A stretch of 63,159 nt of DNA, the filler included. It is 9 parts of 9 records of this genome, joined end to end, with 100 filler letters (N's around TTAATTAATTAA, not from the genome) between each part and the next. Parts side by side here need not be neighbours in the genome. Positions count along the whole stretch, not along the records: positions 18,781 to 28,054 come from SRR31147125_37636; positions 28,155 to 37,910 come from SRR31147125_37696; 7 more parts are not named here. The stretch is one strand, 5' to 3'. Positions 19,616-29,597 of this stretch are shown here, piece after piece. A program made the translations under genes and the position numbers. The notes under the pieces were generated by a model, which was given only the letters and a program-made list of their open reading frames with translations, made no database searches and was not told the origin of the DNA. Within the stretch, counting starts at the first letter, position 1, and the number at the start of each line of letters is the position of its first letter.

Positions 19616-20206
19616 TTACATCTTCTTTGCAAGGGGTGCGTGACCGATCTCCACGTTGAACTTTTCACAGTAGATAATCACGCTGTCATACATTGCGGGG
19701 TCTGCATTAGCCGGCAGGGCGAATTTAACCGTGCCTGTAAACTGTTTGAGCATGCCAAGGTGAATGCCCGCCTTACGGTCTCCGCCTTTGCTGAGGTACA
19801 CTTGACCGTCCGGCACCTTATCCACTTTGATGTCGGCCAGGGTGAGCACATAGTGACCCATCTCCTCGGCGAGTGTCACCTTGCCGGCCGCATGATGACC
19901 GTCCGATCCGGAAAGCATCGACATCATAGGAGCTGCCATGGTGTCCTTGTGCATCTTCTCCTTCATCATTTTGTCGTCCGCCATGCCGGAATCTTTCATC
20001 TCCTTGTCCATCATTTTGTCGGTGTCCATCTTTTTGGGGGCCATCTTGTCGTCCATCATCTTATCTGACTGCATTTGGTCCGACTTCATTTGGTCCGATT
20101 TCATATGGCTCTCTTCCATCTTCCCGCTGCCGGCGCAGGCGGTTACCGCATACAACGTTGCCATTGCCATCACGGCCATCACGATTCGAATCGTTCTTTT
20201 CATCAT
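19616..20206 (-). CDS. Met-rich (MxxDx pentapeptide repeat) DM13-domain lipoprotein
   Basis: Lipobox-like VTAC; about 19 Met in about 68 aa; C-terminal PDGQVYL...LGMLK...G...YDSVIIYCEKFNV (DM13). Confidence 0.85.
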   Translation of the reverse strand: MMKRTIRIVMAVMAMATLYAVTACAGSGKMEESHMKSDQMKSDQMQSDKMMDDKMAPKKMDTDKMMDKEMKDSGMADDKMMKEKMHKDTMAAPMMSMLSGSDGHHAAGKVTLAEEMGHYVLTLADIKVDKVPDGQVYLSKGGDRKAGIHLGMLKQFTGTVKFALPANADPAMYDSVIIYCEKFNVEIGHAPLAKKM

Positions 20207-20310
20207 ATTCGCTCCATTTCCTGGTAAGGGTTTGCCCGGTGGGGGTAAGCCACCGGTGCTGCATCATCCTGGCCTCGGCCATCCTATCTTTCCGACCATC
20301 ACTGTTGAGA

Positions 20311-20377
20311 ATAGTAGGCATCGGCCTTAAAGCAGGGTTAAAGGGAATATAAAGTTCTGGTAAAGATTGAATTAAAA
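20311..20377 (-). promoter_or_regulatory. OmpR/PhoB-type tandem binding boxes plus -10 element
   Basis: TAAAG at 20328, 20339, 20350 and 20361 (exact 11-bp period); minus-strand TACTAT at 20316-20311, about 10 bp from the last box. Confidence 0.7.
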
Positions 20378-20391
20378 CGTGGCGGGATAGT

Positions 20392-21468
20392 TCAGCCGGA
20401 TACTACGGGAAGAGAGAACCACATACAGGTTTTACCGGGCTCGCTTTCGGCCCCGACCTCCCCTCCGTGGGCTTCGATGAGGGTTTTGACGATGGACAGG
20501 CCGATACCCGCGCCGCCGCCCTCACGCGAGCGTGACGGGTCGGCCCGATAGAATCGTTCGAAGACAAAGGGCAGATCTTCGGCGGAGATGCCGGGGCCGC
20601 TGTTGATGAAGCTGACCTGCACATTTCCGTCCTGTTGCTCGGCCGCAATGGTGACGCTGCCGTTGGCGGGAGTGTACTTGCAGGCATTTTCGATCAGATT
20701 CCGCAGTGCTTGAAGCAGCTTGTCGGGATCGGCCGTTACCGAATCCGCACCGGGTGCGAAACGGGTCTTCACTGTGATCGTTTTCTGTTCGAACTGGGGT
20801 TTGTAAAGCACAAGCAGCTGCTTTACCAGATCTTCCAGGGAGAGCGGTTTGCGGGTCAGATAGGCCTCGGCCGCCTCGGCTTTGGCCAGTTGCTGCAGAT
20901 CTTCGACCAGATGAACCAGGCGCAGTACTTCCTGCTGCAACATATTGAATGTCCCCGCAGACGGCGGCACCACGGCGTCGCTCAACCCCTCCAGATAGCC
21001 GCGCAGATTGGTTAAGGGCGTACGCAATTCGTGGGCCACGTCGGACACCATCCTTTTTCGCAGCCGCTCCAGCTTCTCCAGGCTTTCGGCCATGCGGTTG
21101 AAAGCGAGACCGAGCTGGCCGATCTCATCGCGGGAGGTGACCGCTACGCGTTCTGAAAAATTGCCGGCGGAGACTTTTCGGGTGATGGTGGCCATCTGGG
21201 AAAGCGGCCGCAGCACGCGTCGGGTCAGCAGAAAGCTGAGCAGCAGGGCCAGGGCCAGGGCTGACAGCGTGGCCCAGAGCATGTAGCGATGGATGGCCGC
21301 CAGAAACATCTGGTGGGTTTCGGTGGGAGAGACATCGTACTTGTCCATGAGGGTCATGAAGTAATCGGCGGCCAACTGGTCGATGGCCACCCAGATCACC
21401 AGAATAATCACCGCGATCACCGGCACGACATTGATCAGAAGCAGTTTCCAGAGCAGATATCGTTTCAT
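20392..21468 (-). CDS. Sensor histidine kinase (BaeS-like; 2 TM, HAMP, HisKA, HATPase)
   Basis: [35 protein letters not shown]. Confidence 0.95.
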   Translation of the reverse strand: MKRYLLWKLLLINVVPVIAVIILVIWVAIDQLAADYFMTLMDKYDVSPTETHQMFLAAIHRYMLWATLSALALALLLSFLLTRRVLRPLSQMATITRKVSAGNFSERVAVTSRDEIGQLGLAFNRMAESLEKLERLRKRMVSDVAHELRTPLTNLRGYLEGLSDAVVPPSAGTFNMLQQEVLRLVHLVEDLQQLAKAEAAEAYLTRKPLSLEDLVKQLLVLYKPQFEQKTITVKTRFAPGADSVTADPDKLLQALRNLIENACKYTPANGSVTIAAEQQDGNVQVSFINSGPGISAEDLPFVFERFYRADPSRSREGGGAGIGLSIVKTLIEAHGGEVGAESEPGKTCMWFSLPVVSG

Positions 21469-21483
21469 GGCGGTCTATTTCTC

Positions 21484-22194
21484 CTACTCGTCAGCCAGGC
21501 GATAGCCAAACCCTCGAACGGTGATGATGCGGCAAGGCTTGGCCGGATCGGATTCGATCTTCTGCCTCAACTTGCCGATGTGCACATCGACCACACGATC
21601 GACAACCGCATCCTCATGGTCGTAGAGCCGCCTCAGCAGCTCCTCCCGGGAGAAGAGTCGCCCGGGTGCTTTCAGCAGTGCCTGCAACAGCTTGTACTCG
21701 GTTGCCGTCAACGGTACATTCTGTCCCGCCAGGGTCACCGTGTGCTTCTCCTCATCCATTACCAGGTCGCCATGGGTCAACAGATGGCCGTGCTGCTGCA
21801 ACTGGGGTCGCGATCGCCGCAGTATCGCCTTGACCCGTTCGACCAGCTCACGCGGGCTGAACGGTTTGACGACGTAGTCATCCGCTCCCAGAGAGAGCCC
21901 CAATACCCTGTCGATCTCCTCCTCTCTTGCCGTCAGCATCAGAATGGGGACGTCCGAGGTTTTGCGCAGCCGACGGCAGATCTCCCAGCCGTCTATCTTG
22001 GGCAGCATCACATCGAGGATCACCAGCAGAGGTTGTCTCGCCTGGGCCAGCTTGAGCGCCATCAGCCCGTCATGGGCGATCGAGGTGGAAAAACCCTCTC
22101 GCTGCAGGTAGGTCTCCACCAGTTGGGCCGTATTGGGATCGTCTTCGACGATCAGAATCGGATCCGATGCTTCGGTCTCATGCATAAGCTGCAT
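21484..22194 (-). CDS. OmpR-family response regulator
   Basis: ILIVEDD, LDVMLP, KPFSPREL, ITVRGFGY; start at 22194 or 22185. Confidence 0.95.
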   Translation of the reverse strand: MQLMHETEASDPILIVEDDPNTAQLVETYLQREGFSTSIAHDGLMALKLAQARQPLLVILDVMLPKIDGWEICRRLRKTSDVPILMLTAREEEIDRVLGLSLGADDYVVKPFSPRELVERVKAILRRSRPQLQQHGHLLTHGDLVMDEEKHTVTLAGQNVPLTATEYKLLQALLKAPGRLFSREELLRRLYDHEDAVVDRVVDVHIGKLRQKIESDPAKPCRIITVRGFGYRLADE

Positions 22195-22385
22195 CCTTGG
22201 TGGAAGTGTCGATTGCCAATTCGGGCATCGATTCGGGTGGTAATTTTCTGAATCGGTATGATGGAGAGGATACCCGAAACCGTTCGCGTCGCGCAAGGGT
22301 GATCGAGTGCCGTGTGGTTCAATCAGCAATAAAACCGGACAGGGACGCGGCCCTGCCCGGCGAATGTTTCAGTGCAGTCGAGTGA

Positions 22386-22991
22386 TCACGCCACTGCAGC
22401 CGAATAGTTCTCGTTCACCTGATCCCAGTTGATCACGTTGAAGAAGGCGGCAATGTAATCCGGCCGCCTGTTCTGATACTTCAGGTAGTAGGCGTGCTCC
22501 CACACATCGAGGCCGATAACGGGAACTTTGCCCTGGCTCAACGGGCTGTCCTGGTTGGCTGTGGTGACGATCTCCAACTGCCCGTTGTCTGCGACGAGCC
22601 AGGTCCAACCACTGCCGAAGAGCAGGGCTGCCGAGTTGGAGAATTTGTCCCGGAATGCGTCCAGGCTGCCGAAACGCTTTTCAATGGCTGCCACTGCGGG
22701 TCCTTCGGCCTTGACACTCTTTTTCAAAAGGGGCCAGAAGAAGCTGTGGTTGGCATGCCCGCCGCCATGGTTGCGCACGGCGGTGCGGATGCTTTCAGGC
22801 ACTTCGTTGAGATTGCGCACCAACTGCTCGATACTCAGCGCCTGCAACCGATCGTGGCCGTCGAGCGCGGCATTGAGTTTGTCCACGTAGGTTTGATGAT
22901 GTTTGGTATGATGAATCTCCATGGTACGGGCATCGATAAACGGCTCCAATGCATCGTAACCATAAGAGAGTTCAGGCAATGTATGTTTCAT
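22386..22991 (-). CDS. Fe/Mn superoxide dismutase
   Basis: [27 protein letters not shown]. Confidence 0.97.
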   Translation of the reverse strand: MKHTLPELSYGYDALEPFIDARTMEIHHTKHHQTYVDKLNAALDGHDRLQALSIEQLVRNLNEVPESIRTAVRNHGGGHANHSFFWPLLKKSVKAEGPAVAAIEKRFGSLDAFRDKFSNSAALLFGSGWTWLVADNGQLEIVTTANQDSPLSQGKVPVIGLDVWEHAYYLKYQNRRPDYIAAFFNVINWDQVNENYSAAVA

Positions 22992-23306
22992 GATTACCCC
23001 CTATATCACTACCCCCGTTCGCATCACCGCCTCCTATCAGCATAGTGGATAACAGACGGATTATGCTTGGGGGAGCATCTCAGATGTTGGTTATAAATCG
23101 TTCGTCATCGGGTGTTTTGGCCGGATGGCAAGTTCTTGCATGGTATTGCCGGTCAGTTAACCCGATGCGAACCTCGTACAAGAACAAGCTTTTAATGACT
23201 GGAGGTTTTGTCAAGCCGGGGGTGATGCAATCGCAACGGCCCTATCGAACTAATTAGGAATTATATTTCCGCTGCCAATATCAACCATGCAGCATGGTCT
23301 TGCCAA

Positions 23307-23375
23307 TCGTACTCGCACTTGTACTTGGTTTCCAATTCGATAGTGTCTCTTTTTCGAGTACGAGTACGAGTACGA
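23307..23375. repeat. Inverted repeat built from CGAGTA hexamers
   Basis: TCGTACTCGCACTTGTACTTG (23307) is complementary, with mismatches, to CGAGTACGAGTACGAGTACGA (23355). Confidence 0.6.
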
Positions 23376-23420
23376 AAAACGTAATCCCTTATTCTGGCAG
23401 ATAGGCCTATTGGTTTTGGT

Positions 23421-25598
23421 TCATCGGCCGGTTGGTTCGAATGTACCGGGAAACGGTGCGTAGATATGCCCATCCTTTCCGGATTTTAAATCGGCCGCCA
23501 TGCGGTTGAAATGCACGAAGCGATGCTTCAATTCATAAAAACCGTGCCACCAGGCGTAATCCGGCGCCATCATGGCCGATCCCATGCGGGCTCTCCGGCC
23601 CTCGTGGTGCCAGAGCTCGTAGTACTGCCATTCGATCGGCTCGTCGAAATACTTCTCTTTTGAAATCAGGCCCTCGGCGTAAAGCTCATCCATGACGGCT
23701 TTCACCGGATCGAAGTACGCTTCATTGTAATGCTGGACCACCCGGTCGAAATTATCGAAATGGCTTTGGGTCCAGGTGGTGGAGTGGCACTGCAGGCAGA
23801 CGGCGGTCATCTTGCCGCGTTCGATCTTATGGTCGGTCCGGGCTGGAAAAGGCTTGAAATCCTGCGGCCGGACGGTTCGCGGGGACTGGGTCTCCCAACT
23901 GAGCCGTTCGGTCACATCATGCGACACATCGTACTGTCCGGTTACGGCGGACATATGGCATGTGGCACAGGTGGGCGCCCGGTAGTGCTTGGCGGCCTCC
24001 CACTGCCGGCTGGCCGGGTCCCATGTCCAGTTGCTGCCTTCTGCGTGGTAGATGGTACCGTGCTTGGATTCGTTGTAAATCTCGATCTGGGGATGATCGG
24101 GCCCGAGGTGGCACTGATCGCATGCCTCGGGCTTGCGCGCTTCGGCGATGGAGAAGCGATGCCGGGTGTGGCAGCTGCTGCAGCTGCCTTTGCTGCCGTC
24201 CGGATTGATCCGACCGACGCCGACGTTGGGCCAGGTTGCCGGCAGCGGTTTCCCATTTTCCACAGTCACCACGGTGCCGTGGCACGCCATGCAGCCGGTG
24301 GCCCTTTCGATCTCGTTGTTCATCCCGTCGTTGAGCCAGTGGTCTATCTTCCACATGATCTCATGGGTATTGGCATGTTTGCTGCGGGCATACTGCTCGG
24401 CCTGCTTGGGATGGCATCCCTGGCAATTCTTGGGTGAGACGACAACGGAGATGGGTTTGGGTGAGTGCTCCTTGTGGGAGGCCAATACCACCTGCTCGTC
24501 TGTGGCCCGATGGCACTTGTCGCAGTGGACGTCCACCCGAGCATGCACCCCGGCTTGCCAATCCTGAAAGATGCCCGGTGTCTTGACACGATGACAATCG
24601 ATGCAGGTTTGGCCTACGATGGCGGCCGCCCTCGTTTCGGGCAGCAGCCGCAGCGGGAAATCCCAGCGCCACACACCGATGCAGGCCAATATCAGGAAAA
24701 TCAGCACTAAATTGGTGTAGGCCATCACCACAAAAACTTTGCGGGCGGCCGGCGGAGTATCCGGTTTGCCCCCGCCGGACGCGAGCTCGGCAACGAGGCG
24801 CACCTTTTCCAGCACTTCAGTGCCGTGGGGAGCGCCTTTGATCGCCTCGGTCAGATCGGTTCCGGCACTGTGCTTGCCGAAATGGCGCCCATCTTTCCAT
24901 TTGCCGCTCGCACTGACATCATAGACGCGGTTGTCATATGCGAAGTAAGCGGGGCGGCCCCCGGCCCCGTCAAAATTGCCCAGATTGCCTCTGGTCACAT
25001 CCCCTGCCCCTCCATCCGGTCGGATCGCATGCTTCATTTTGCGATGCACCACCGTTACGGCCGCCAGTCCAATGGATACCATCAGGGCAAAAAGAGCTAC
25101 TTTAATCGACAGCATCAGGCCGAACGTATTGTCGAAGAATTGAGACCATCGATCCATGCGTGCCCATGTCAAATAGATCCCGGTCAGCGTGAGCAAGGCC
25201 ATGCACGATAGCCCGAGGATCCGTTCGGGCTTTGGGATACCGCCGGTCAGGCGAGTGGGGCGAATAAAAATGTGGATGTAAAAAATCGCTCCGAAAAAGA
25301 TTACGGCCGCCAGCAGATGAAGATATCCGATGATAAAACGAAGCGTCTTGTGCATCGGATGCTGCAGCTGTTCGGCTTTATCGAGCACCGCGGCTGAGAT
25401 TGGATAGCGATAGCCATTGCGGATATAGGCGAAACCGACTGTTTTGAGCTGTCCGCCAGTGCTCTCCTGGTGGCAGAAGATGCAGCCTCGACCGGTTTCG
25501 CGCGCATACTCGTCTTTGGCCCAGGATGAAGGGCCGGACATAAGGCATAGCAGGACAAGGACCAGAAAGTACGAGACCACGGTGCAGCACTTCGACAT
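23421..25598 (-). CDS. Membrane multiheme cytochrome c: monoheme c + TM bundle + cytochrome b5-like domain + HAO-family octaheme domain
   Basis: 9 CxxCH (1+8); b5-like VYDVS...WKDGRHFGKHSAGTDLT...APHG; HAO-family CHTRHRFS, CHLGPDHPQ, WHHEGRRAR. Confidence 0.85.
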   Translation of the reverse strand: MSKCCTVVSYFLVLVLLCLMSGPSSWAKDEYARETGRGCIFCHQESTGGQLKTVGFAYIRNGYRYPISAAVLDKAEQLQHPMHKTLRFIIGYLHLLAAVIFFGAIFYIHIFIRPTRLTGGIPKPERILGLSCMALLTLTGIYLTWARMDRWSQFFDNTFGLMLSIKVALFALMVSIGLAAVTVVHRKMKHAIRPDGGAGDVTRGNLGNFDGAGGRPAYFAYDNRVYDVSASGKWKDGRHFGKHSAGTDLTEAIKGAPHGTEVLEKVRLVAELASGGGKPDTPPAARKVFVVMAYTNLVLIFLILACIGVWRWDFPLRLLPETRAAAIVGQTCIDCHRVKTPGIFQDWQAGVHARVDVHCDKCHRATDEQVVLASHKEHSPKPISVVVSPKNCQGCHPKQAEQYARSKHANTHEIMWKIDHWLNDGMNNEIERATGCMACHGTVVTVENGKPLPATWPNVGVGRINPDGSKGSCSSCHTRHRFSIAEARKPEACDQCHLGPDHPQIEIYNESKHGTIYHAEGSNWTWDPASRQWEAAKHYRAPTCATCHMSAVTGQYDVSHDVTERLSWETQSPRTVRPQDFKPFPARTDHKIERGKMTAVCLQCHSTTWTQSHFDNFDRVVQHYNEAYFDPVKAVMDELYAEGLISKEKYFDEPIEWQYYELWHHEGRRARMGSAMMAPDYAWWHGFYELKHRFVHFNRMAADLKSGKDGHIYAPFPGTFEPTGR

Positions 25599-25933
25599 AG
25601 CCGACCAACCTATCGTTGCAGATGATACCCGCCAATCGATTCGGGCTCTTTTGGGGGCCCGTTATAGGTCCTGCCAGGCAGGCAATTGGCAGAACGGTGC
25701 TCCTTTTATACCACGGATGGCCCAATACGCCAATGTATTGAACACCGGCTTCCGTTGGATAAGCCAAGGTTGTATGCTGTGCACACAGTGGAACTTCATG
25801 TGCGCATTAGCATACACCTATATAACCGGATATGCCTGGGTATGGCCTGTAAAGCCGGCATGCCAAGGATTCATATGAGGCCCAATGCGCACCATATGGA
25901 CTTTTTTCAACCGAACACAAAAGGGTTTCACTG

Positions 25934-25949
25934 TGGCACACCCTTTGCT
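25934..25949 (+). promoter_or_regulatory. Sigma54 -24/-12 promoter
   Basis: TGGCAC-ACCCT-TTGCT with exact GG-N10-GC spacing, upstream of the gene at 26017. Confidence 0.8.
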
Positions 25950-26016
25950 GAGATATCCGCCGTGAGAGGCCGGACTTGTATCGGTCAGCACTTGAAATCC
26001 GTCCAGGAGGAGCTAA

Positions 26017-26930
26017 ATGAGCACTGCCCAAGCTGTCAGCAACGACACCCTGAAAAGCCAGAATATTTTCGGACAGCCGTTGACCATCTTCGGTGTTCCC
26101 GTGGATCGTGAAAAGATCTTTACCAATCACAAAGGGGTGTACAAAAGCCGCGTGGAAAAGCGGCAGCGCAAACTGATCGTAAAGAGCACCTTCATCAAGT
26201 TCTTCCTGCACCATGATGAAACGATTCAGTGCCTGACCACCGGATACTCGCCGGTGAGCGCCAAAGAGCAGATGATCACCGGTCTCGCATTTCTCTACTT
26301 CAAAAGAGCGCTCTTTATCTTTACCGAAAAACGCATATTGCATATCCCGACCCGGTTCAACCGGTCACCGCGCAGCGCCATCTCCCAAATTCTGTTCGAG
26401 GATTGCGCCCGGATCCAGATCAAAGGGCGCGCCCTGCACATTCAGTACAAAAACGGTCGACAGGAAGTGTTTCCCTACCTTGGACGCAAGGAGAAGAAAA
26501 AGGTTCGCGCCCTGATCGCCAAATTGTCGCTGTCGCCCAAAGAGGCCGGCCAACTGAAAGGCCGTGTCTATCTTTGCCCGAGCTGCACCCATATCCTTCC
26601 TGCCGACAGCAAGTCCTGCGGCACATGCAGCCTTGTGTTCAAGTCGACATTCAAAACCAGACTCTTCTCACTGCTGATTCCCGGGGGGGATACTTTTACG
26701 GACGCTACCCATTCGTGGGGGCCGGCACCGCACTTTTCGAACTTGCATTGATCGGGATTCTCGCCATAAAAGGCATGGAGATTCAGATAGGAATTCCAAT
26801 CACCCTGGACATGATGATCGTTGCCGCCCTGGCATTGCTCCTCGAAAAATTCATCATGGTATTTCATACCCAGCAACTGCTCGAGGACTTCGTTCCTGAA
26901 AAAAAAGATTATGCCATGCGCAAAATATAG
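26017..26930 (+). CDS. Hypothetical protein (possible PH-like domain, Zn ribbon, 2 C-terminal TM); frameshift at a G-run near 26685
   Basis: RBS AGGAGG; CPSC...CGTC; LIPGG continues as GGYFY in the 26229-26930 frame. Confidence 0.65.
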
Positions 26931-27197
26931 ACCTCCTGGTTGGCTATCACCTGATTGGCTATCAATAGATCCTTTGCAACCCATACCATATTCCCAAGAC
27001 GAAGCTCACAGGCGGACATTAAGTCCGCCTTTTCATTTCCGATCGCTAAAGAGACAAGCCGGTTTCCCACCGACAATTAAGGAATGCTTTCTATTGCGAA
27101 ACCAGAAGTCAGCATATAGAGTAACAGGATTGTCAACAGCTGCAATCTGAGGGCCAAACCGCCTCAGTACGGTAGATTTCAAAATGACGGAGCCGGT

Positions 27198-28054
27198 ATG
27201 AAGAAAACAATTGCCATCGCCATCGACGGCTCGGTTAACTGTACCCACGCCGTACAGTATGCCGTAGCCATGTATAAATCACTGCCGGAGTTGAGTTATG
27301 TGCTGGTCCATGTTCAGGCGGGCTTATCCCGGTACCTCACCGAGGAGGCGGAAAGGAACCTGAAGGCACAACGGGCATTGAACAAACTCATCAAGGCCAA
27401 CCGGGAGACCTCCAACCAGGTCATCGATAAGGTTCGCAAGCAGATGATTCGTCAGGGCATCGACCCGGATCGAATCGAGACATGCTCCCGCATCCAAACG
27501 ACCGGCATTGCCGAAGACCTCATGGATGAGTGTGAAGGCAAATCCTACGATGCCATCGTTTTGGGCCGCCGCGGTATCGGCCAACTGCAGGAACTGGTGA
27601 CGGGCAGTGTCACGTCCAGTCTGATCGAACTTGCCAAAGTAATCCCGCTATGGACGGTGGATGGAGAGGTGACCGACAACGGCGTGGTACTTGCTGCTGA
27701 CGGCTCCCAAAATTCGTTGCGAGCCCTGGATCACCTCGCGTTTATGTTAAGCGGGCAGGAGGAGGCTGCGATTCACATCCTTCATGTCAGGCCTCGTTTC
27801 AGGGAAGTCTGTGAAATTAAATGTGATGATGAGACATTAGCAGCCGCCAGGGAGATTCTTCTGGATGGCGACCGCCACTGTATTGATGGATTCTATGCAC
27901 AAGCAGTTGAGATTGTTCGCAGGAACGGATTAGACCCGGATCAAATGGAGATCCAAACTGTCAACAGCCAGATCTCCATCGCAAGGGCGCTTATAGACAC
28001 GGCCCGCAAGCGCCGTTTCGGTACCATCGTTGTGGGCCGCCGCGGGTTAAAAAA
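27198..28054 (+). CDS. Tandem universal stress protein, 3' truncated
   Basis: IAIDGS...IVLGRRG...GSV and AADGS...IVVGRRG. Confidence 0.9.
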
Positions 28055-28154
28055 NNNNNNNNNNNNNNNNNNNNNNNNNNNNNNNNNNNNNNNNNNNNTT
28101 AATTAATTAANNNNNNNNNNNNNNNNNNNNNNNNNNNNNNNNNNNNNNNNNNNN

Positions 28155-28271
28155 TTTTTTCGTAACAAACTCATCTTCAATCAAGGATATCATTGCGTAT
28201 CCGCCACCAAATGTAAATGCACCTATTTTAAGCATCGTTAAAAACAGCGTTATATTCTTACTTTTTTTCAT
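28155..28271 (-). CDS. Chromate transporter (ChrA family) N-terminus, truncated
   Basis: MKKSKNITLFLTMLKIGAFTFGGGYAMI; not in the ORF track. Confidence 0.85.
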
Positions 28272-28409
28272 ATTTCCTCTCATGTTCTACAAAAAATTAT
28301 ATTACGATTTAAAATTATACCATAATTTTTTGCTATATTCTAATCTATACTATCAATTTTTATCATTTGCTATATAATAATATTATATTAATAATATGGA
28401 GATAAACTA

Positions 28410-29103
28410 ATGAATTTAACTTTGATAGCCCTAGCAGTTCTTCCAACTGTTATTTTAATTTGCTTTTTATTATTTTTTGATAGATACGAACGCGAACCAG
28501 CTTACTTGCTTATAAAGATTTTTTCTTTGGATGTATTTGTACAATTCCTACTATCATTGTTGAAGAAATTGGAGACATGTTAAACTTCTTTACTGGTATA
28601 TTTGGTACAGCTTTTAGGGCATTTATTGTTGTAGCTTTGTCAGAGGAATTTTTTAAAAGAAAAGTTGTTTTAAAAAGAGCATATAACGACCCAAATTTTA
28701 ATGAGAGGTTGGATGGCATAATTTATTGCAGTTTTGCATCATTAGGTTTTGCAACTGTCGAAAACATAAGCTATGTACTGAGTTATTATTCTGAAAGCAA
28801 CTCTATATGGGTTACAAGAGCATTGCTTAGCGTCCCTGCTCATATGCTTCTTGGTATAACCATGGGGTACTTCTTATCCATGGCAAAATTCAGCATCAAT
28901 GATCAAGAATCAAATAAATATATGAGAAAATCACTTTTAATACCTCTAATACTTCATGGTATTTTGACTTTATTTTAATGTCTCAAATGCCATTATTGCT
29001 TATATTATTTATTCCGTTTGTTATATATCTATGGATATCCTCTATGAAAAAACTAAGAATGTACTATAATGAATCTAAAACAATTAACACAAATAATTTA
29101 TAG
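28410..29103 (+). CDS. PrsW-family intramembrane protease (frameshifted)
   Basis: DRYEREP, ALSEEFFK, DGIIY, LGFATVEN, VPAH, LHG. Confidence 0.85.
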
Positions 29104-29112
29104 GAGTAGTAT

Positions 29113-29556
29113 ATGAAATTTGCACATGTAAATATAATAACAAAAGACTATGAAAAGCTTTCCAAGTTTTATATGGATGTTTTTGGATGTGAGCCAACAG
29201 GAACAAAAAGAAATTTGAGTGGAAAGTCGATTGATAATCTTACAAAAATTGAAGGTGCAGTCATTAAAGGACAACACCTTAAACTTCCAGGATATAAAGA
29301 TGGTCCAACAATAGAAATTTTTGAGTATTCACCAGAATCTAGCGAGCAGTTTTCGTCTAGCATCAATTCATTTGGCTTTGGGCATATTGCTTTTTTGGTA
29401 GACGATGTTAAGGTTGTTTTTGATAAATTAATTAAAAATGGCGGTAGTGCTCTTGGCGATATTGTGGAATTGAATACCAGCGATCATAAAATAATGACTG
29501 TGGTATATGCAAAAGACCCTGATGGTAATTACATAGAGATACAAAGCATTAAGTAA
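29113..29556 (+). CDS. VOC/glyoxalase family protein
   Basis: HVNI...FY..VFG, GHIAF.VDD, KDPDGNYIE. Confidence 0.9.
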   Translation: MKFAHVNIITKDYEKLSKFYMDVFGCEPTGTKRNLSGKSIDNLTKIEGAVIKGQHLKLPGYKDGPTIEIFEYSPESSEQFSSSINSFGFGHIAFLVDDVKVVFDKLIKNGGSALGDIVELNTSDHKIMTVVYAKDPDGNYIEIQSIK

Positions 29557-29597
29557 AATTAAAGGGGACTATAAACATCCCCTTTTTTGTATAAAAT

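Noticed and set aside
19920-20120. 15-nt periodic repeats as a CRISPR array or VNTR
   Set aside because: They encode the Met pentapeptides. No CRISPR array was seen in the window.
23126-23140. TGGCAAGTTCTTGCA as a sigma54 promoter
   Set aside because: GG-GC spacing is 9 rather than 10, and it points away from sod.
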